35,548 bases of DNA from a virus (lineage: Duplodnaviria; Caudoviricetes): IMG/VR virus record IMGVR_UViG_3300010376_000087, positions 1 through 35,548 of that record; one strand, given 5' to 3'. Within the stretch, counting starts at the first letter, position 1; every line of letters starts with the position of its first letter. Below the pieces are notes generated by a model, which worked only from the letters and a program-made list of their open reading frames with translations, was not told the DNA's origin and did no database searches. This document shows positions 1 through 7,485 of the stretch, piece by piece. The translations under genes were made by a program, and so were the position numbers.

Positions 1-138
1 CTCGACGACCCACAGCCGGACCGCCTGCTCTCCGCACACGAAGGTTTCCGGCTCCGACATGAACTCGCGGCAACCGGGATGCGGCCCCCACACCTCGATC
101 GTGGCGTCGCACCGAACTTCGACCTTGCTGTCAACCAT
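1..138 (-). CDS. Hypothetical protein, partial (runs off the left edge)
   Basis: ATG at 138 on the minus strand after a GAAAGG SD; open frame MVDSKVEVRCDATIEVWGPHPGC... to position 1; downstream of the leftward promoter at 638-666. Confidence 0.55.
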   Translation of the reverse strand, partial: MVDSKVEVRCDATIEVWGPHPGCREFMSEPETFVCGEQAVRLWVVE

Positions 139-632
139 CACTGCCTTTCCTCTGCTGCTACTGCGTTTCGCAACAGACGACGTAGGCCCAGCCGAAGCTG
201 GGCCTCATCGTCAAACTGCGAACAGCTACCAGCGGCTACGCCGACTCCCAAAACCGCCGAATGTCCAGATCGCTGTACCAGCCGCTGGCCCACCCGGCGG
301 CGACGATTTCGCCGCTGCGTTCCCGGCTTGCTCTCGGTGAGCCGGTCAACCGGGGCGTCTCTGCCAACGCCGCGCATCGTCGTCGGCTACTGGCTGCTGT
401 TGGCCAAGCACCGACATCTCCCTCGTCAGGGCCACGATGACATCTGCCCTGGGGGGGTCCGCTACCGACTACGTGGTGGGTGGTGATGAGGCTGGCTACC
501 CCGGCTACCGGATCCACCAGCGTCTGTCAACCGCTGCCTTCACCGGCACCCTGCCTGCGATTACTGGAACCGCGGACCTGGCCCTTCCGCCCACATGGAG
601 CTTCCGTCTCCCCCTTCCCCTGCTGGGAGCAA
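139..632 (-). ncRNA. Candidate long structured leader or ncRNA
   Basis: No convincing ORF between promoter and ATG 138; stems 184-192/197-205 with cUUCGg loop on the minus strand (extends to 176-212), 229-237/280-288 and 297-303/309-315. Confidence 0.45.
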
Positions 633-637
633 CTCCC

Positions 638-666
638 AGCTTAGTACACTAACTAGCCTAGGTCAA
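638..666 (-). promoter_or_regulatory. Leftward sigma70/SigA-like promoter
   Basis: Minus strand TTGACC (666-661), 17-nt spacer, TAAGCT (643-638). Confidence 0.7.
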
Positions 667-687
667 GTCAGGGACCTCACGCGTCTG

Positions 688-703
688 TGATAGACGTCTA
701 TCA
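688..703. repeat. 16-bp palindrome copy 1 (TGATAGACGTCTATCA)
   Basis: Exact copy, between divergent promoters. Confidence 0.97.
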
Positions 704-775
704 GACTCCACTGCCGCGGCCTGCTCTCTCCCTGCCACCCCACTGCGCTGTCAGAGGATTCAGGTAAGATTCAGG

Positions 776-804
776 TTGACTTCGGCCACTAACTGGGCTA
801 AGCT
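776..804 (+). promoter_or_regulatory. Rightward sigma70/SigA-like promoter, probably leaderless
   Basis: TTGACT (776-781), 17-nt spacer, TAAGCT (799-804); GTG start at 813. Confidence 0.7.
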
Positions 805-812
805 AGCTGGCT

Positions 813-1010
813 GTGCCCAACACTGCACCGAACAAGGACACCTACGGGCTGGTCGCCAACCCGACCCGCCCGCGGACGAAGAACGATCAGGTCGGCGTCA
901 ACATCACCTTGCCGTTCGACCTCCACCGCAAGCTGAAGATCAAGCAGATCCAGCTGGACCTGACCCTCACCGAGGCCATGACGGCAGCGGTCGAGGACTG
1001 GGTCAGGTGA
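813..1010 (+). CDS. Ribbon-helix-helix DNA-binding protein (Arc/ParG-like)
   Basis: 65 aa; VGVNITLP beta strand followed by two helices (DLHRKLKIK, LTEAMTAAVEDW). Confidence 0.7.
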   Translation: MPNTAPNKDTYGLVANPTRPRTKNDQVGVNITLPFDLHRKLKIKQIQLDLTLTEAMTAAVEDWVR

Positions 1011-1198
1011 CCTCAACAGGATCCGACTGCCCCACCGGCAAACGCCAATTCGCCACCAAGGCCGCCGCCATCGGCTTCGCCTGCTCCCTCAGGGGCAGGC
1101 GGGGCCGGTCGGCCAACGCCTTTCGGTGCGACTTCTGCCGCTGTTGGCACGTCGGCAACAAAGGCGGTGACACCTCGAAAGGACGGACCAGACGTTGA
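1007..1198 (+). CDS. Small Cys/His zinc-finger-like phage protein
   Basis: GTGA overlap with upstream stop; CPTGKRQF...FRCDFCRCWH pattern. Confidence 0.65.
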   Translation: MTSTGSDCPTGKRQFATKAAAIGFACSLRGRRGRSANAFRCDFCRCWHVGNKGGDTSKGRTRR

Positions 1199-2127
1199 AC
1201 CCCAAACCTCCTGATCACCTCGGCATCCAGCACCTCGAATGGCTGCTGGTCAGCGAGCTAGAGATGGCGCCCCCACAGTGGGGACGCCCTCTCCGGCCCG
1301 GCGACATCCGTGCGATGGCACACGACTTCGACCCTGACAAGTTGGGAGCCGTGGCGATCTGGGCACGCAAGAACCTACCAGCGGGCCGCGGCAAGTACGT
1401 GATCTGCGACGGCCAACACCGCGTCGCCGCCGTGCGGCTGGCCCTCGGCAACGACCAGCGGGTGCCCTGCCTGATCTACGAGGGACTGACCATGGAGACG
1501 GCTGCCGAACTGTCCCTCGGCCTGCAGGAGCGCCGCAACCTCCACCCGCTGGACAAGCACCGCGCCGCCCTGGCCGCCCACGAAACGCGGGCCGTCGAGG
1601 TCGACAAGGTCATGACCACGCTGGGCCTGCACTTCGTCTACACCGCCAAGGGCACCGACCGGGGCCGCATCTCGGCGGTCGGAGCCTGCTACCAGGTCTG
1701 GTACCGCATGGCCGCCCCCGGCCTGGAGCGGGTGCTGAACATCTGCAGCCAGGCCTGGGACCGGACCTCGGCGGGCTACGCCAGTCCGGTGCTGAAGCTG
1801 GTCATGACCGTGCTGGCCGCCCATGACGGCGAGGTCGACGATGTCCACCTGGGCGAGACGCTCGCTCTGCGGTCGCCCGCCCAGTGGGTGTCCAAGGACG
1901 TCATACCCCGGCGGCCCATCTCCTCGCTGGCCCAGGACGTCATCATCGAGTACAACAAGGCCCGGCGCGGGGCCAGCCGCCTGTCCGAACTGACGCCGTC
2001 GCAGTACGAGGCCGCCGCCAAGCGCAAGCCCTCGCCGACCGTGCGAGGGCCGGTCGAGGGCCGCACCACGGCTACCAAGAGCCGGTCCGGCTCGTCCACC
2101 CGGCCCAACCGGCGGCGACCCAGCTAG
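1195..2127 (+). CDS. ParB/Srx-fold protein, DGQHR type (DUF6551-like)
   Basis: DFDPDKLG...YVICDGQHRVAA...VPCLIYEGLT motifs; helical C-terminal part and basic tail. Confidence 0.75.
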   Translation: MNPKPPDHLGIQHLEWLLVSELEMAPPQWGRPLRPGDIRAMAHDFDPDKLGAVAIWARKNLPAGRGKYVICDGQHRVAAVRLALGNDQRVPCLIYEGLTMETAAELSLGLQERRNLHPLDKHRAALAAHETRAVEVDKVMTTLGLHFVYTAKGTDRGRISAVGACYQVWYRMAAPGLERVLNICSQAWDRTSAGYASPVLKLVMTVLAAHDGEVDDVHLGETLALRSPAQWVSKDVIPRRPISSLAQDVIIEYNKARRGASRLSELTPSQYEAAAKRKPSPTVRGPVEGRTTATKSRSGSSTRPNRRRPS

Positions 2128-2442
2128 GCGCCCACTGCGCTCGGCCATTTTCTAAGGCCCACTGCGCCCTCGCTGCCCAGGCCCAGCTTCCAGCCCTGCG
2201 TCTGCCGAAATGCAGCCCAGGCCTGCGAGGCGAGCCTGGGCAGCCTCTGTACGGCCACCCAGCAGAACGCGGCAGGTCCCGTATTGCGGAACCTTTGGCG
2301 TGCCACCTCTGGTCGTACGTATGTTCAACCTGCCACCTAAGCCTTCCGCAGGACGCGAATGGATGGTTATGAGTAGGGCTGGCATCGCCTCCAAAGCGCA
2401 CCCTGTACGCCATTGTGGGCTGCGCCTGATAGACGTCTATCA
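2128..2442. repeat. ~300-bp diverged intergenic repeat, copy A
   Basis: Shares GCGCCCACTGCGCTC, AAGGCCCACTGCG, a 46-bp core (2298-2343), GGGCTGGCATCGCC and CCCTGTACGCC with 9695-10017; ends in the palindrome. Confidence 0.85.
2427..2442. repeat. 16-bp palindrome copy 2
   Basis: Exact copy, 9 nt upstream of the tRNA-like element. Confidence 0.97.
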
Positions 2443-2451
2443 TCAGGCTGA

Positions 2452-2524
2452 CCGGCCTTAGCTCAATGGACAGAGCGTCGGCCCACGAAGCCGAAGGATC
2501 CTCGTTCAAGTCGGGGAGGCCGGA
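2452..2524 (+). tRNA. tRNA-Arg(ACG)-like gene (C33 instead of U33, no encoded CCA)
   Basis: Acceptor CCGGCCT/AGGCCGG; D arm GCTC-AATGGACA-GAGC; anticodon arm TCGGC-CCACGAA-GCCGA; T arm CCTCG-TTCAAGT-CGGGG; A20 Arg identity element; A15:U48. Confidence 0.85.
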
Positions 2525-2526
2525 CG

Positions 2527-3984
2527 ATGCCTGGCTTCACGTCACCCGCCATCCTGTTCCTCAACAGCTGGGATTCCCCCGAACGGGCCTTCTGCAAACA
2601 GGTCTTCGGCGCCCTGCCCAGCCGCGGCTACACCCGCTACGTCGAGCCGTGCGCGGGCGCGTTCGCCATGCCGATGGTGGCCGAGAACTCGGGCTGGAAG
2701 CCCGCGGCCATGGAGTGCAGCGACACCAGCCTCTACTCGGCCATCGTGGGCGACCTGCTGGCAGGCAACGATCTGGCCGCACTGGACGTGCGGGTCGACG
2801 GCGATCCCGTCGAGCTACCAGAGGAGCCGCTGGACCAGGCCGCCCACCTGCTGTGGGTCCAGCTGCTGTGCCGGACCCAGGCCCGCCCCGAGGTGGACTA
2901 CTGGAAGACGCTGATCGACGACCTCACCGACAACCGCCAGACCCACGTCGACTCCATCACCAAGCGGCTGGCCGGGCTGATGGAACGGCTGGCCGGGCTG
3001 CACTACGAGCCGCTCGATATGTGGGACCACATGGAGCGCGTGGTCAACGACCCCCACACCATCGTCAACTGCAACCCGCCCACCTACTTCAAGGGCTTCG
3101 AGCGGTTCTTCGACACCAAGGACCGCCTGACCTGGAACGTGCCCGACTACCAGTTCTTCGACCCGGCCACCGGCGTCGACCGCCTCGTACGTATGTTCGA
3201 TGGGGCGCCCGCCCTCATGCTGTGCCTGCAGCAGAAGCCGCCGGGCCAGGCCTGCCACCCGACGCCGGTCTTCGCCCGCGACCTCAGCCTGGGCCAGTAC
3301 GTCTACCTCATCAGCAACCGGCCCGACGAGGTCTTCGCCATCACGGGCGGGCCGAAGGTCAGCCGCCACCAGGTCCCCGACCTGACGCCCGGCAACCTGC
3401 CGGTCATGCCCAACGACTACGCCATCACCGCTGGCTCGGTCGTCGAAGCGGTGCCGGTCAAGCAGCCGGTCGCCGATTACTACCGCGCCCTGTGGATGCA
3501 CCGCCTGATCGGCGACCCCGGCGGCAACAACCTGCTGCTACTGGTCGACAAGCAGGTGGCGGGCATCATCGGCTACAGCCTGGCCAGCCTGTCCAAGCCC
3601 TACACGTCCGACAGCCGCTGGTCCAAGCACGCCATCCTGCGCTTCGCCATCGGGGCGCCCCATAAGACCTTGCGCGTAACCCGGCTGGCCACCATGGTCG
3701 CCCTACAGCGGTCGACGCTGGAACTGACCGCCACTCCGGCCACGGCCATGTTCGTCCAGGCCAGCGAGGGCATCGTCACCGTCGAGTACACCCGCCGCGA
3801 CGAGTCAAAAGGCCTGCGCGGGCTGATGACCCGCATCGAGAAGCGCAAGAAGCCACCGGACGGCTTCCAGCTGATCTACGCGGCTGACTGGCAGGACCAC
3901 GACTACGGTCGGGTCCTCACCGACTTTCTGGCCAAGGAGGCGTCGTGGGGCAAAGCCCGAGCAGCGGCAAAGCAACCGGCGTAG
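2527..3984 (+). CDS. DNA modification protein: Dam-like adenine methyltransferase fold plus a C-terminal domain (possibly GNAT/Mom-like)
   Basis: YVEPCAGAFAM resembles SAM-binding motif I; NCNPPTY resembles the (D/N)PPY catalytic motif; extra C-terminal region containing LLLLVDKQVAGIIGY. Confidence 0.65.
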   Translation: MPGFTSPAILFLNSWDSPERAFCKQVFGALPSRGYTRYVEPCAGAFAMPMVAENSGWKPAAMECSDTSLYSAIVGDLLAGNDLAALDVRVDGDPVELPEEPLDQAAHLLWVQLLCRTQARPEVDYWKTLIDDLTDNRQTHVDSITKRLAGLMERLAGLHYEPLDMWDHMERVVNDPHTIVNCNPPTYFKGFERFFDTKDRLTWNVPDYQFFDPATGVDRLVRMFDGAPALMLCLQQKPPGQACHPTPVFARDLSLGQYVYLISNRPDEVFAITGGPKVSRHQVPDLTPGNLPVMPNDYAITAGSVVEAVPVKQPVADYYRALWMHRLIGDPGGNNLLLLVDKQVAGIIGYSLASLSKPYTSDSRWSKHAILRFAIGAPHKTLRVTRLATMVALQRSTLELTATPATAMFVQASEGIVTVEYTRRDESKGLRGLMTRIEKRKKPPDGFQLIYAADWQDHDYGRVLTDFLAKEASWGKARAAAKQPA

Positions 3985-4730
3985 CCGAGCAGCGCATGCA
4001 GATCGCCGACGACCTCTGGATCGAGTGGGTCGACCTCAACGCGCTGCGGGAACAGGACATCAACGCCCAGCAGATGCAGCCACGCCAGATGGACCGCCTG
4101 ACCGAGAACATCCGCCTGCGCGGCCAGATCGAATCGCTGCCTTACTGCTGCCAGACCGAGGCCAACGGCCCCATCTCGGTCATCAGCGGCCACCACCGAG
4201 CCAGAGCCGCCCGCGCCGCCGGACTGACCCGCATCCCGGTCATCATCGACCGCCAGCCCATGACCAAGAGCCGGATCACGGCCAAGCAGATCGCCCACAA
4301 CGAACTGGTCGGGGAGCCGGACCGCGACATCCTGGCTCAGATGGTCGCCAGCCTGGAATCGGTCGACGACATGCTGCTGTCCGGCCTGGACGAGAACTGG
4401 CTGCCCACGCCCGGCCCTGACGACACCCAGCTGCTGATCCCCCACGCTGAGTTCGACTGGCGCCTGGCCACCCTGCTGTTCCTGCCCGGCCAGCTGGACC
4501 GCCTCAACGAACTGGCCGACCTGTGCAGCGGCAGCGACTTCGTGGGCGTGGCCCAGGCCGATCAGTTCGACAGCTTCTCCAAAGCCATGGTCGCCTTCGC
4601 CCGCGTCCGCAACGTCAAGAACCTGGCCGTCGTGGTCGACGTACTGACCCAGATCGCCCTCCGCGAGGTCGACCAGATCAAAGCCGATGCCATCGCCGCC
4701 GCCGCCGCAGCCGCCGCCGCTTCGCCCTGA
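3945..4730 (+). CDS. ParB/Sulfiredoxin N-terminal domain protein
   Basis: AAGGAGG SD before GTG 3945 (alternative ATG 3996); NAQQM...LTENIR...ISVISGHHRARAARAAGL matches the ParB GxxRxxA motif. Confidence 0.8.
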   Translation: MGQSPSSGKATGVAEQRMQIADDLWIEWVDLNALREQDINAQQMQPRQMDRLTENIRLRGQIESLPYCCQTEANGPISVISGHHRARAARAAGLTRIPVIIDRQPMTKSRITAKQIAHNELVGEPDRDILAQMVASLESVDDMLLSGLDENWLPTPGPDDTQLLIPHAEFDWRLATLLFLPGQLDRLNELADLCSGSDFVGVAQADQFDSFSKAMVAFARVRNVKNLAVVVDVLTQIALREVDQIKADAIAAAAAAAAASP

Positions 4731-4777
4731 CCCCGACCTCATCGGGTACATGGAGGGCGAGCCGCTGTGGCGCCGCC

Positions 4778-4793
4778 TGATAGACGTCTATCA
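4778..4793. repeat. 16-bp palindrome copy 3
   Basis: Exact copy, left boundary of the inverted terminase block. Confidence 0.97.
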
Positions 4794-4822
4794 CCGGATC
4801 CGCAGCCTGCTCTCTCTCCCGC

Positions 4823-6283
4823 CTAGAAAATCCGGAACTCGCCCAGAACCACCCGCTCCGCATGATCGAAAGCCCACAGGGCCGTCGTGGCAGCGGTCAG
4901 CGGACTGATCGACACCGTCGACTGGCGGCGGCCCCAGGCCCAGGCGTCACCCAGCGACCGGCGGACCGCAGCTGCCGCAGCTGCGTCGAGCGCCGCGTTG
5001 GGCCGGTAGCGGACCGTCAACTCGTCACCCATGAAGGCCTCCAGCAGCCCGGCGCAGGCGGCCACGTACTCCTTCGTCTTGACCGGCATCAACTCCAGGC
5101 CCAACCGGGTGCAGCGGTCGGCCACGTCCAGGGCCGGACCGGCGGCGTCGTAGCTGATGGCCACCGGCTGCAGCTTGTCCCGCAGCTGCAGCAGCCGCTC
5201 CGGCACCCAGCCCGACGTGGGCCGGTAGTCGGCCACCTCCAGCCGGGCGTTCCCACCGCCGTCCCGCCAGGCCGCCACGATGCAGGCGTCGGTGCGATCC
5301 AGCGCCACGTCGAAGCTGAGCGAGCAGTCCCCGATCGGCGGCAGGGGCTGGTCGGGCGAGGCCGCAGCCATCCAGGCCGTCCGCGGGATGACCCGAGCAG
5401 CTGTGTGAATCCAGCGGTTTCCGTAGGCCCGGCTGAACTCCTCGTTACCCATCTCGTCCAGCGCCGCATACATGGCGGGGGCGAAGATCGTCCGGCCATA
5501 CGCCGGGTGGTACGTGGGCCAGCTGGCCTCCTGCGTCGGGTCCAGGTGGTCGGGGCAACTCCACTCGAAGAACGCCCGGCCCTCCTGGCGGCCTGCTTCT
5601 ACATCTGCCCGTCCTCCCTCGACGCTGCCCAGCCACCACGTAGAGCTATCGTCGCCCGCCGTAGATACCTTCCAGACCTGGGCGTTGGCCTTCGTGGCCT
5701 GGGTCGGGACGATGGCCTGGTCGATAGCCCGCCCTCTGGCCAGGTCGAACACCCAGCTTTCGTCGATGACGACCAGGTCGGTGTGCTTCGAGTGCAGCGC
5801 ATCGGGCTGGGGCGGGAACGGTCGGATCATCCCGCCCGACTGCAGCCACTTGACGTGCTCCGATCCGCTGGCCCGCCGCAGTTCGAGCAGATCGGCCAGC
5901 GGGTCCAGCTGGGGCCAGTGTTCGTTGACCAGCCAGTCGACCGCGTCCTTGCCGGACTGCATTGTGTACCAGACCCGCGCCCGCTTCAGCGTCAGCGCCC
6001 GGTGGTCCATCGTCACCCCGAACAGCCAGGTCTTGCCCGACTGCCGGGGCACGGTCACGTCGACGACCCGGTACACGAAGCGGCCATCGGCGTCGACCTC
6101 CAGGGCCACATCGGCCACCAGCCGCTGCCAGCCCATCAGCGGCAGGCCCAGCACCTGCGCCAGCCGGGCCACTGCCGGACCGTAGGTCTTGCGGCTGGGG
6201 TTGCGCTTGGTCGCCCAACGCGGCGGCGGATATCCGTCGAAATCGGCTGCCTTCGGCGTCAGGGTCGGGGCGATCGCTGCCAT
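4823..6283 (-). CDS. terL: Terminase large subunit
   Basis: LMGWQ (Q motif), VPRQSGKT Walker A, VVIDES Walker B, STAG coupling motif, SFDVA RNase H-like nuclease; start ATG 6283 inferred. Confidence 0.92.
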   Translation of the reverse strand: MAAIAPTLTPKAADFDGYPPPRWATKRNPSRKTYGPAVARLAQVLGLPLMGWQRLVADVALEVDADGRFVYRVVDVTVPRQSGKTWLFGVTMDHRALTLKRARVWYTMQSGKDAVDWLVNEHWPQLDPLADLLELRRASGSEHVKWLQSGGMIRPFPPQPDALHSKHTDLVVIDESWVFDLARGRAIDQAIVPTQATKANAQVWKVSTAGDDSSTWWLGSVEGGRADVEAGRQEGRAFFEWSCPDHLDPTQEASWPTYHPAYGRTIFAPAMYAALDEMGNEEFSRAYGNRWIHTAARVIPRTAWMAAASPDQPLPPIGDCSLSFDVALDRTDACIVAAWRDGGGNARLEVADYRPTSGWVPERLLQLRDKLQPVAISYDAAGPALDVADRCTRLGLELMPVKTKEYVAACAGLLEAFMGDELTVRYRPNAALDAAAAAAVRRSLGDAWAWGRRQSTVSISPLTAATTALWAFDHAERVVLGEFRIF

Positions 6284-6299
6284 TAGCCCGCCGCTCGTT

Positions 6300-6617
6300 T
6301 CCAAACGCCTCCAGAAAGGAGAGTTGGGAGGTTGATGGGTGGTGACGACCGCTGCCTCCAAAAAATGCCTACGCGGCTGCTAGCTGCTGCCACTGCTACC
6401 ACCGCTGCCACTGCCACGCTGCGGCCACCACGCCAACGCCAACGCGAACGCCCACCTCCCATCGATCGAAACGTCTGCCAACTACTACTGCTGTGGGCAG
6501 CACAGCCATCTGCTGTGTGCGGCACCTCCACATCAGCAGCAGCCTCCTCCTCAGCTGTGGGCTGACAGCAACTGCTACAGCCAACAACTACTGCTGCTGA
6601 CCTACCATCCATCCTCA
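6300..6617. other. Low-complexity intergenic region, candidate packaging (cos/pac) region
   Basis: A7 tract at about 6360, CTG/CCA/CTA triplet-like repeats, CAACTACTACTGCTG-like direct repeats; lies between divergent terL and HNH. Confidence 0.35.
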
Positions 6618-6914
6618 GTGCCCAGTCTCGATCCTCGTCTGGCCTCCAAGGAGTGGCAGCGATTACGGAAACTGATCCTGCAACGGGACAACTTCGTATG
6701 TCAGATCCACTCTCATTACTGCCTCGGTCTGGCCACCGAAGTCGACCATATCGACCCACCTCTCGATGGCGGATCGTTCTGGGATCCAGCCAACCTTCGA
6801 GCCAGCTGCAGGCCATGTAACGCTCGCAGAGGCGGCCAATATCGCGCTCAAAGAGCGGAGCGTTCCAGCTTCGGCTATCGGCAGCCGATCGTGCCCATGG
6901 AGACACGTCTGTAA
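6618..6914 (+). CDS. HNH endonuclease (HK97 gp74-like terminase cofactor)
   Basis: WQRLRKLILQRDNFVC...ATEVDHI...NLRASCRPCN. Confidence 0.9.
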   Translation: MPSLDPRLASKEWQRLRKLILQRDNFVCQIHSHYCLGLATEVDHIDPPLDGGSFWDPANLRASCRPCNARRGGQYRAQRAERSSFGYRQPIVPMETRL

Positions 6915-7403
6915 CTAGCTGGGCTGGGCTAGCTCTGCTGCCAGCCGATCCCAGGCGTCCTCTGTCTCTGCCTTGGCCCCCTGCAGTTCGGCCACACTGA
7001 CGATCAGCGTCTGCCGTTCCAGCTTGGCGCCCAGGTCCAGCAGCCGGGCTGCCACCACCAGCGGTATCTCACTGGCCTCCACGCCGTTGAACGAGGCCAG
7101 GCCTTTCATCAGCAGAGCGCGTCCAGCCCGGCGGTGGTTGGCGTGCATCGTTCGGATGGCGTCCAGCCGCTCCTGATCGTCCACGCGATAGCACTCGTCG
7201 TCCCAGGCCTCAGCCCGATCCCACCAGTCCCACTTGGCTGCCCACATCCGGACCGATCGGCTGGTGACGTGCGCCGTGGCCGCCACATCGTCCAGCCGCC
7301 GTTGCGACGGCGCGGTGTCGCGGAGCGTTCTAAACGCCGCGTAGGCCCGACTCGGTTCGCCGTGCTGGCGTTCCCACCGGGCTGGACTGCTGGCCTCAAC
7401 CAT
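6915..7403 (-). CDS. terS: Terminase small subunit (HTH type)
   Basis: WERQHGEPSRAYAAFR...WAAKWDWWDRAEAWD pattern typical of TerS-like proteins; adjacent to HNH/terL; start ATG 7403 inferred. Confidence 0.7.
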   Translation of the reverse strand: MVEASSPARWERQHGEPSRAYAAFRTLRDTAPSQRRLDDVAATAHVTSRSVRMWAAKWDWWDRAEAWDDECYRVDDQERLDAIRTMHANHRRAGRALLMKGLASFNGVEASEIPLVVAARLLDLGAKLERQTLIVSVAELQGAKAETEDAWDRLAAELAQPS

Positions 7404-7446
7404 GACGCTCAGTATGCCAGGCCGACTTCCGCTCATTTCCGCCCCG

Positions 7447-7462
7447 TGATAGACGTCTATCA
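7447..7462. repeat. 16-bp palindrome copy 4
   Basis: Exact copy, right boundary of the inverted terminase block, between divergent genes. Confidence 0.97.
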
Positions 7463-7485
7463 GGCCGCGTGGCAAACTGACTGCC

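Noticed and set aside
417-430. CUGACGAG on the minus strand as a hammerhead ribozyme core
   Set aside because: No correctly placed stem II plus GAAA; the segment folds as a simple CCCU-GACG-AGGG hairpin
688-703. Resemblance of the palindrome to tetO (CTATCA/TGATAG half-sites) suggesting an engineered construct
   Set aside because: The half-sites are in the opposite arrangement with a different centre; degenerate copies and in-frame embedding indicate natural evolution; no vector parts seen
2452-2524. tRNA as an attP/attL integration remnant
   Set aside because: No integrase recognised, the element is a full cloverleaf inside a phage operon, and no second partial copy was seen
4687-4908. 73-aa ORF crossing palindrome 3
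   Set aside because: Overlaps both the ParB gene and the terL 3' end, with no clear SD; cannot be excluded but is unsupported
4862-6286. Long ORF antisense to terL, and similar long shadow ORFs elsewhere (e.g. 16214-17740, 31690-33042)
   Set aside because: Typical high-GC shadow frames opposite or overlapping genes with clear motifs
6332-6565. 77-aa Ala/Thr-rich ORF in the terL-HNH gap
   Set aside because: Product of low-complexity DNA, with codon usage unlike the real genes
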